Source: Haliotis rufescens
Lineage: Eukaryota
Direction: 5' to 3'
Assembly: GCF_023055435.1 (NCBI RefSeq)
Contig: NW_025964001.1
Span: 11,780,001 to 11,844,000 of the forward strand
Length of the DNA stretch: 64,000 bases
A model generated the notes under the pieces. The model worked only from the letters and a program-made list of their open reading frames with translations, was not told where the DNA came from and did no database searches. Below, in pieces: positions 40,687-50,594 of the stretch; position 1 is the stretch's first letter; each line of letters starts with the position of its first letter. The translations under genes were made by a program, and so were the position numbers.

Positions 40687-42469
40687 AGCGTGTAATTGTT
40701 TCTTTAACAAACACATAATCAGCAGGTTGGACAGCGGGAGAAGCCAACATAACATAGTGATAGGATTAAAAATGTACATACCCGTCATGCCAAAAAAACA
40801 CTGAAAGAGACAGTGTGTGTATTTGTCTCTGTTTGAAACAAATATGGTAGTCACACTATTTCTCTTTTTGCTTTCAGACCCTTAGCAACAGATGTTGCCC
40901 CTATAAAGTAGAGATAGCTTTATGGATAACAGCTTCTTTATTTACTGTAAAGGAAGTTGTTATCGATAAAATTATCTCTACTTTTTCATCCGTCAACTTC
41001 CAAGTAATGCCTATAGGTTTGTTCGCTCGACTGATAATATATAAATAACGAAACATTTTTGTGCTTCAATCCAGTTATTATCTCCCAAATGCACGACACT
41101 GGTACTAATTAAGAACCACAGCGTTTCCACGAGTAAGGCAATCAAACATGGATACATATAAGAAAATGTGTAGCCAGAAGATGGCAAATATTAGGTATAG
41201 TTCTTACTGTTATTGTTGATTGCAGCTTTGTTATTAAAAAATATCAGTCTTTCAAACTAAGTTTTGTTTTATACAGCATCAACTTTTTTTTTTGTTATGC
41301 GCCGAGGTAAGGGCGTCCTTATTATTTATTTACTTATATATTTTCGAAAGAAAAAAATACTATTTAAATCCTGAATTATCCGCCGTCCGTCTCTATTTGT
41401 ATGACGCTTCTTGAAAAATAATGTAAGTAGCAAATTTCACAATGGTTTGAAAACCACGGTCGTATATATTCTCAACAGCATATGTTCTGAAAGTGAACTG
41501 TTGAAACTTGGAATGAAAGCAACTCTTCGTGACTTATATAATGCGATATTGTGACAAACACGCTGTCGGAACGCGAGCGGGCCGCCAGCAATAAGCCACT
41601 GGTTCTCTGTCGACTTTAGCCACCAACGTACGGAAGTTGTGTTATCTGGATAGGATTCGCCTCCACCATCGTTCATATATAAAGCGGGGAGCTATACTGA
41701 TGTTTGAGAAAGTAACATGAAAACCTGCGCAAATTTGTCATTTCAATCCTCATAAATATATACGCAACCGGTAGGGTAGCCAAAACGTACCGGGTAATTA
41801 CCACTATTAAAAATAAACACCAATGCGTGCTTCGACCTACTGTGGTATTTCAAGAAGATTTAAGACATTCTGATTCAGAATGGGATCAGAATCCTCAAGT
41901 TTAATCAATGCATAGATTTATTTTTTTCACATTGCGTTTAAATTTCATTTTTCGGGTTTAGGTTGCTCTCAGTATGTTTTAATTGTCAAATATTTGGTAT
42001 AGCTCGTCAAAGCTTTGAAAAGGTATTCTACAAATAAGGATATTTCTTTTCCTTTTTTTCTTTTTTCGACCACCGTCGTATACATTACTCGCAATCATAA
42101 AAAAAATATATATTGTGACAACAAAGTTTTGATCTTATGCAATATGGGTTTATGCCCAAATGGTTTTGGGTAAATCGGTAAATGTATGATGTTTTACTGT
42201 GCCAGACTGTCCTGCAGTGTCTGAAGTTTGCATGTTGTCCCTGGAGAGAGCTTGTACAAGGGACGTAACTCCGTTTGTAATTACCAATTAGCTGGTTCCA
42301 CAATTCCTCTCCACGGTGCGTTTAAATTTCGGTTTTCGGGTTCATCAACACGACATATGTTTGATATGTTTTATGTTCATTCTTCTAATATAGGTCGTCA
42401 AAGCCTAGATATTCTTTAATAGGGAATCTTCTTTAAACCAGCTTTTTATTTTCCGTCTGTCACCGTCAG

Positions 42470-43191
42470 AGCTTCCGTTAGTTGGTCTTTGTTTGATGGA
42501 CGGCTGGTATCTTTTGATGTGAATGGCTTCCGTTAGTTGGTCTTTGTTTGATGGACGGCTGGTATCTTTTGATGTGAATGGCTTCCGTTAGTTGGTCTTT
42601 GTTTGATGGACGGCTGGTATCTTTTGATGTGAATAGCTTCCGTTAGTTGGTCTTTGTTTGATGGACGGCTGGTATCTTTTGATGTGAATGGCTTCCGTTA
42701 GTTGGTCTTTGTTTGGTGGACGGCTGGTATCTTTTGATGTGAATGACTTCCGTTAGTTGGTCTTTGTTTGATGGACGGCTGGTCTCTTTTGATGTGAATG
42801 ACTTCCGTTAGTTGGTCTTTGTTTGATGGACGGCTGGTCTCTTTTGATGTGAATGACTTCCGTTAGTTGGTCTTTGTTTGATGGACGGCTGGTGTCTTTT
42901 GGTGTGAATAGCTTCCGTTAGTTGCTCTCTTTTAATGGACGGCTAATATCTTTTGATGTGAATAGCTTCCGTTAGTTGGTCTTTGTTTGATGAACGCCTG
43001 GTATCTTTTGATGTGAATAACTTCCGTTAGTTGGTCTTTGTGTGATGGACGGCTGATATCTCTTGATGAGGATAGCTTCCGTTAGTTGGTCTTTGTGTGA
43101 TGGACGGCTGGTATCTTTTGATGTGAATGGCTTCCGTAAGTTGGTCTTTGTTTGATGGACGGCTGTTATTTTTTTATGCGAATGGCTTCCG
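42470..43191. repeat. 55-bp minisatellite, ~13 copies
   Basis: Tandem unit gcttccgttagttggtctttgtttgatggacggctggtatcttttgatgtgaatg; the right-hand copies are more diverged. Confidence 0.95.
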
Positions 43192-44997
43192 TTTGTTTCA
43201 GGATCATGTTGACTTAGAATTTAGAGGCAAAGACACCGTATCTGGTGGCTTGATGTTGTTGTATGTGATCTGGACGGAGGAACTGGAGTCTTGTTGGACG
43301 GGTGATGTGGTGTTCAGCAACAACATCAACATATTATTTCACTCAAAAACGCAAAGCAGCGATACGTATTGTTTCTCCATAGATCGTTGGCTTTATGTCC
43401 TCTTTTCTAAGCCTCGAAATAAATCCAGTGATTTTTGGGATTTGTTTATAGTTGTTAGGGATTCAGCTCCGTTGAGATGCGATAGTTGGAATTGTAAATC
43501 AGTTGGTAAACACAAAGCGTATACTAATGTAGAAAAGTGTCATGATCATATTTGTTTGGTATAATTTTTGGAAAAAGACAAAACGACCTTGATTACAGAA
43601 CTAATGCCGAGACAGTTGCAAGATGTAAGTGAAGAGCATGGGTGGGACAGGTTCACCATGTCTGACAACGTTTTCACAAATAAAGTTTCCTTATCTTTGG
43701 TCACTGGGCGACAAACGTGGTACATGTTATGGAAGGACTTAAACAGTTGACCATCGACATTACTATCGCCACGAATCCAGACTCCCTTTAGTGTTGAAAA
43801 GTCTGATCAGTATCGAACACTTTTGAGAAGTCGAAAACATGGAAGTGATTATTGAGAAGTGATAGCACTTAATTTACGATATCCAGCATGGTCTTCATTG
43901 ACCGTAACTGAGTAGCTTCAAAGTGTTATTTGATGCCAAATGTATCATTCAAGCCTTGAAAACATAGCTACATTCATTGTTTTAGTTCTTACCTATATAC
44001 GATGGAACATATGTAACCACAATACTCTAAAATATGTGAGCTGAGCAAAGCAGGATATCTGTCGCAGTTGCAACACACATGTTTCGAAGAAGGTGAGGAT
44101 CTATATCTGTGAGGGTAGCTATGCTAAAAAATGATTTATACAATGATTTATATTTCATATCACACAACCTAAAGAATGATATAGCAAGTGTTACTTCATT
44201 TGGACCAAGAAAGATACCCATCAATTCATGCTTAACAACCCCTACATCATTTCATGCACATTTCATTGAGATTTCACATGTGACGTATGTTGTGACTTGG
44301 TTTGAGGATGTTACCTTCACAAGTGGTATTTTTGACAATTGACAATAAATGAATGACTGAGAATTGGATTTCTATATCTCAGCAAAGCAGGATATCTTTC
44401 GCAGTTGCAACACACGTTTCCATGGAGGTTAGCCCAGAAATGGGCTTCACACAATGTGGGCAATCGAACCCGGGTCTTCAGTGTGATGTGCGAACGTTTT
44501 AACCACGAGGCTACTCCATCGCCCCTATATCTGTGAGGCTAGCTTAGCTGACAATCCTTTATATTTCATATCACACAACCTAAAGAACGGTTAAACGTCA
44601 CAATAAAAGTTTCCTTCAAGCAGATTCATTTGAACTGTGAAGAGGTTTGTCTCTTAGTCCAACCAACATCCACCAATCATGTGTTCCAATCCAAGATTCG
44701 CCTGTTTAGGATCCTTTGTTTATCAGTAAGATATTTGTAATCGTGGTTTACATGAAAGTGGGAAAATGCGTGCTGCATAAGAACATGAAATGATAGTTTT
44801 CAGATAATGTTTATTATCTCAGAAACATTTACACAGTCGTCTTCAAATGACAGTTGCAATCCATAATGTAAACACAACAATATATACAATAATAGTAACA
44901 AAGCAGGCCCAAGATGAGTTCAACATTGGACTGCAGTGCATATTGCACAAATTACGCCCTCGTTCTTCATCTGACCACTAATACATTCCCGAAACTT

Positions 44998-46233
44998 CTA
45001 GACGCCTATCTGGGGAAAAGTCATCTGATCGCTTAGGAAGTTGAAGTGGGGTAGATAATTCTGGTAGTATGGAGTTTCGGGAGATCTGAAGTTGGACTGG
45101 TTGGAATACTCTGTCCACTGTTGCGGGCATGGTGTGACTTGGAAGGATGTTTCCGTCATCAGATGTGGGTAGTGGAGAGTATTCTGGGTAGGCCAAGTAC
45201 AGGATACTGCGTCACCGAGTGCGCTGTAGACGTTGTGTGATGATGGGTACATCAGGGGGTTGTAGACGGGGTCGTAGTCCGTCACTGAGGAGCAGCCGGG
45301 TCCAGTGCTGGGTAGGTAGTGGAGGCTGAAGAAGAGAATAGATTGTTGTTAGTCCGAGACAGACATGCTATTGTGTTGAAGCTAATAAGAGCCAAAATGC
45401 GCGCCTGTGTAACTAACTTGGTGTGTACTTACTTTGATTTGGGTTTGTCTTTCACGTCATCTTTCTTGGAAGTCGTTGGTGGTGTGAGCACGTGACACTC
45501 GTCCGTAGCCGTTACGTCACGTGACCGTGACGTTCCTTGTTGATACAGTTGCTGTCTCATCCAGTTCACGCGAGCACCTTTAGACTGACGCTTGAACTTG
45601 GAACGGCGGTTCTGGAACCAGATCTGTATGGCAGAAAGAGGTCATTATTATCGAGACATTTCATGAAATCAGGGTCTTTTATATGGGTTGAAAAGATTAT
45701 GAAATGAAATATACAACAATTCTTTAAGTCCAAACTATGTACCATATAAACTGAATAAAGCAGTAAAAGTTAGAATTTCCCTTCAGTACATTTCATGGGT
45801 CCTATGTACATTTAAAAGGACAAGAAAGAGGGTTTTATATCACTATGATATTGTGTATTGTGTGATCAATTATCTCTTTCGAGAACTTCTGTTAGGTGTA
45901 ATAAAGAGGATTTACTTACCGATAGTCTCTCTACGTCGATGTTGATGGTGTTGGAGAGATCCTCCAAGATGGAGCTGTCAGGATACTGAGAGGACACGAA
46001 TACCTTCTCCAGTTGCCTCAACTGTGGATATGGATAGCGGAGATGAAAACGTGTTAACTTTGTATTTCGATTTACTTTTGAAATAACAATAGTTTATGTT
46101 TTCTTCCTATTCACGTTTCGAGCAATTAAATGTTTACCTGACTAGCAGAGTACTTGATTCTGTTCCTTGCCGGAACGATTGTCTTGTTGACGGTACACTT
46201 GCTTGGCTTGGTTTCGGGGCTCTTCACTTTCAT
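44998..46233 (-). CDS. PRD-type homeobox gene, array copy 1 (238 aa)
   Basis: Exons 46233-46138, 46021-45920, 45623-45433 and 45325-44998 (717 nt, intact). Product: MKVKSPETKPSKCTVNKTIVPARNRIKYSASQ|LRQLEKVFVSSQYPDSSILEDLSNTINIDVERLS|IWFQNRRSKFKRQSKGARVNWMRQQLY...FPQIGV. Confidence 0.9.
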
Positions 46234-46337
46234 TATAGTGGGGTAATTGTATAGAATACTTTTAAAAGAGAAAATGCTCGAAATGTGAAGATAATCTCGG
46301 TGACAAGTCTTGCTGGTTTCGATTAGGGCAGCTCTAT

Positions 46338-46374
46338 GACTGATGACTCAAGGATGGAAGTTTTCGACTTTATA
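46338..46374 (-). promoter_or_regulatory. Putative core promoter of array copy 1 (repeated in each unit)
   Basis: TATAAAG starts at 46374 and Inr TCAGTC has its A at 46341. This is the same 33-nt spacing as in the older paralog. A TGACTCA (AP-1-like) site is at 46344-46350. Confidence 0.55.
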
Positions 46375-46626
46375 CCCGTACCATGACCATCGGGCTTCTT
46401 TTAAGTCAACCACCATACACCACCCACTCATTACTCCCACGTCTGTGTTGTTAATAATCAGGAATTCTTTCTTCATGTATAGCCGCCATGCTGTTTAAGT
46501 TGAAACATCTTGATTGTTTTCACAGCAATAAGAACTATATCTTTGTTTACCTAATTAAAACGGTAGCAGTCGTCGACGAGGTAGCGGTACATTAAAGTAG
46601 CCTCCACCAGGTGAGCGTGTACTCAC

Positions 46627-46682
46627 TTACCTGTCAAAACTTTACACCTACATCAAAGACGCCGCCTTACGTAGCACACCTG
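46627..46682. promoter_or_regulatory. Conserved upstream block with TCF/LEF site + GCCGCC helper (array; also at ~51012, ~55375, ~59726)
   Basis: CATCAAAG at 46651-46658, a 2-nt spacer, then GCCGCC at 46661-46666. Confidence 0.55.
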
Positions 46683-47509
46683 TGTGGACACTACGTTTAA
46701 ATGTCCATCTTGTTTTGTGGGACAATTTCATAAACAAACAGGGACAAAACGTTTACAAATCCTAGCGAGGAATCCTTATAGTGTATGGAAGGGCCAGGCA
46801 TTAACAATAACCGCCGTCACATAGCTGGAATATTGCTGAGTGCGGCGTTAAACAAAAAAAACCAAAAACATTAACCATACCGTAGTCTTCACAAGGATAA
46901 CTTATTTGTTATTGTGTGAAACAGTTATGCTCGTAATAAGCTTGAAACGCATATCCATTATATAATTGAACACCTTTGGAATAAGAGGATACAGAAAAAT
47001 CTCGATGATCATGTATTTGTTCAAAAGAAATAAGGCGTTTATATGTCGTGAGCCAAGAAAAATGGTTCCCAACTGTCTACATTTCACAACTTTTGAGGTA
47101 CACTCGAGCAAGCTCTTTCCACGATGATTTCAAAGAGTGTTCTTAGTTACGACATAAAGCTTTTAAAACGTTTTGTGGTAGACATGTGGATGACATTTCC
47201 AAATTTGACTCATCAGTGACCAAATGATGCTTGATACAGTTCCCTTTTTTAACTTGTTCCCTTGGTTTTTTTTCGGGTGAACAATTGACTTGGTTTTGCA
47301 TGTGTTTGTGACGGGGTGCAACCGGGAAAATAGCGGAGGCGGATACGCTCGCCTTTTCGCCAACATCTGGTATCATCACTACTTGATGTCGATTAATGGA
47401 AACAAACTCATGATATGGTCGGAATTATACAATCGAGTGTGTGTTTGACACAAATTCTTAATATGAATATGGAAAGTTTATTTTATTGTCTTTATCCGCC
47501 TCTCTTAAG

Positions 47510-47677
47510 TGAGTGAGTGAGTGAGTATGGTTTTACGCCGCTTTTAGCAATATTCCAGCAATATCACGGCGGGGGACACCAGAAATGGGCTTCACACATT
47601 GTACCCATGTCGGGAATCGAACCCGGGTCTTCGGCGTGACGAGCGAACGCTTTAACCACTGGGCTACCCGACCGCCC
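47510..47677 (-). mobile_element. SINE family A within the array unit (also ~51870-52038, 56233-56401, 60584-60752)
   Basis: Consensus-like copy with a 14-bp TSD ccgcctctcttaag, at the same site in every complete spacer. Confidence 0.92.
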
Positions 47678-49359
47678 GCCTCTCTTAAGAATTTTAGGTT
47701 GGGTAAAAACCTTGCAGTTTTCAAGTTACGTGTCCATCATAACCACCAATAACACGTAAAATTACTTTTCTCTTTGTAGCTATTTATATTTCACTTTATT
47801 AACTTCTAAATATTTTACTCTATGCTAACTGAGCGATTTCAAGATCACGCTCAGATTCTATATATTCCGACGTTAGGGATATTATCATTTGATCGAAATA
47901 TTAGAAGAAGTTGGCTGACACTAAAGTGTAGAGATGTTTTTGGACTTAACATTTAGTGAAGACTCACAACCCACATGAAACTGAAAAGTCAGCAACTATA
48001 TTTACAATTTTTAGAGGGATAAGGTGCAAGTATTTCATGGGACGTTTGATGTTCCTCACCTGTATATTTAGCGCCTCACAATATGATAATGAAATACACA
48101 TTACGTACCTAAACTGACACATAAATAAATTGATATATAACATTTGGAAGATGCATATGGTATTTTGACAGAAAATCGGATCCTTAATGATGGTTATGAA
48201 GAATTTAATGTCAGTATTGATTTGGCAAACTTTTCTAAAGCTGTTGAAACTATTGCCATGTACTTTTTCGTGGTAATAATCCAAATATCTGTAAATGACA
48301 CCTTATACTGTGCTTGCTGTACCATTACTTGCTTGGCTTTTCTGCAATACAAGGGTCACCCTATAGGTAAATTTCCCGTTTATCAGTCTGTATCTCTCAC
48401 CATATGAAATGATGAATGGTTTGAACTAGTGGTATATAATGTATGTACAGTACTGATTGACGTAATTGGTTTGTCCGACACGCCTTATATATATGTTTTA
48501 CGCTCCCAGACGGTAACTTGTTATTCAGCCAATGGTATCCAAAGGAAGCGCCCGATAATGCGATAACGTCAGCATGAAGATTTGGCTCATATACGCAACA
48601 TGGCGATTACAAGTGCATTCGAAAGTTGTTGATAATACCTTACAGGCATAGATCGGGTTATCACATTGACCGTAACTGAGCAGCTTCAAAGTTTAACATG
48701 AGTGTTATTTGATGCCAAATGTATCATTCAAGCCTTGAAAACATAGCTTCATTTAATGTTTTAGTTATTACCTATATACGATGGAACATATGTAACCACA
48801 ACACTCTTAAATATGTGACCTGAGCAAAGCAGGATATCTGTCGCAGTTGCAACACACATGTTTCGAAGAAGTTGAGGATCTATATCTGTGAGGGTGGCTT
48901 TGCTAAAAATGATTTATACGATGCTTTATATTTCATATCACACAACCTAAAGACGGTTAAATTTCACAATAAAAGTTTCCTTCAAGCAGATTCATTTGAA
49001 CTGTGAAGAGGTTTGTCTCTTAGTCCAACCAACATCCACCAATCATGTGTTCCAATCCAAGATTCGCCTGTTTAGGATCCTTTGTTAGTAAGATATTTGT
49101 AATCGTGGTTTACATGAAAGTGGGAAAATGCGTGCTGCATAAGAACATGAAATGATAGTTTTCAGATAATGTTTATTATCTCAGAAACATTTACACAGTC
49201 CTCTTCAAATGACAGTTGCAATCCATAACGTAAACACAACAATATATACATTAATAGTAACAAAGCAGGCCCAAGATGAGTTCAACATTGGACTGCAGTG
49301 CATATTGCACAAATTACGCCCTCGTTCTTCATCTGACCACTAATACATTCCCGAAAGTT

Positions 49360-50594
49360 CTAGACGCCTATCTGGGGAAATGTCATCTGATCGCTTAGGA
49401 AGTTGAAGTGGGGTAGATAATTCTGGTAGTATGGAGTTCCGGGAGAGCTGAAGTTGGACTGGTTGGAATACTCTGTCCACTGTTGCGGGCATGGTGTGAC
49501 TTGGAAGGATGTTTCCGTCATCAGATGTGGGTAGTGGAGAGTATTCTGGGTAGGCCGTGTACAGGATACTGCGTCACTGAGTGCGCTGTAGACGTTGTGT
49601 GATGATGGGTACATCAGGGGGTTGTAGACGGGGTCGTAGTCCGTCACTGAGGAGCAGCCGGGTCCAGTGCTGGGTAGGTAGTGGAGGCTGAAGAAGAGAA
49701 GAGATTGTTGTTAGTCCGAGACAGACATGCCATTGTGTTGAAGCTAATAAGAGCCCACTACGCGCCTGTGTAACTAACTTGGTGTGTACTTACTTTGATT
49801 TGGGTTTGTCTTTCACGTCATCTTTCTTGGAAGTCGTTGGTGGTGTGAGCACGTGACACTCGTCCGTAGCCGTTACGTCACGTGACCGTGACGTTCCTTG
49901 TTGATACAGTTGCTGTCTCATCCAGTTCACGTGAGCACCTTTAGACTGACGCTTGAACTTGGAACGGCGGTTCTGGAACCAGATCTGTATGGCAGAAAGA
50001 GGTCATTATTATCGAGACATTTCATGAAATCAGGGTCTTTTATATGGGTTGAAAAGATTATGAAATGAAATATACAACAATTCTTTAAGTCCAAACTATG
50101 TACCATATAAACTGAATAAAGCAGTAAAAGTTAGAATTTCCCTTCAGTACATTTCATGGGTCCTATGTACATTTAAAAGGACAAGAAAGAGAGTTTTATA
50201 TCACTATGATATTGTGTATTGTGTGATCAATTATCTCTCTCGAGAACTTCTGTTAGGTGTAATAAAGAGGATTTACTTACCGATAGTCTCTCTACGTCGA
50301 TGTTGATGGTGTTGGAGAGATCCTCCAAGATGGAGCTGTCAGGATACTGAGAGGACACGAATACCTTCTCCAGTTGCCTCAACTGTGGATATGGATAGCG
50401 GAGATGAAAACGTGTTAACTTTGTATTTCGATTTACTTTTGAAATAACAATAGTTTATGTTTTCTTCCTATTCACGTTTCGAGCAATTAAATGTTTACCT
50501 GACTAGCAGAGTACTTGATTCTGTTCCTTGCCGGAACGATTGTCTTGTTGACGGTACACTTGCTTGGCTTGGTTTCGGGGCTCTTCACTTTCAT
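49360..50594 (-). CDS. PRD-type homeobox gene, array copy 2
   Basis: Exons 50594-50499, 50382-50281, 49984-49794 and 49687-49360. Frame and splice sites are intact. Confidence 0.9.

Noticed and set aside
42470-43191. Possible CRISPR-like array
   Set aside because: Contiguous tandem units with no unique spacers, in eukaryotic DNA with no cas genes.
46625-46634. CAGGTAA as a Zelda/TAGteam site
   Set aside because: Zelda is known only from arthropods and nothing here indicates an arthropod. The motif is equally explained as part of the TGACAG site or as a splice-donor-like sequence.
46902-48407. Recurrent short ORFs in the array spacer (MLECTSK..., M(M/I)IP..., MEDAYGIL...)
   Set aside because: They recur only because the unit is repeated. 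They have no recognisable domain or splice context, several lack an ATG start, and they have no counterpart near the older paralog.
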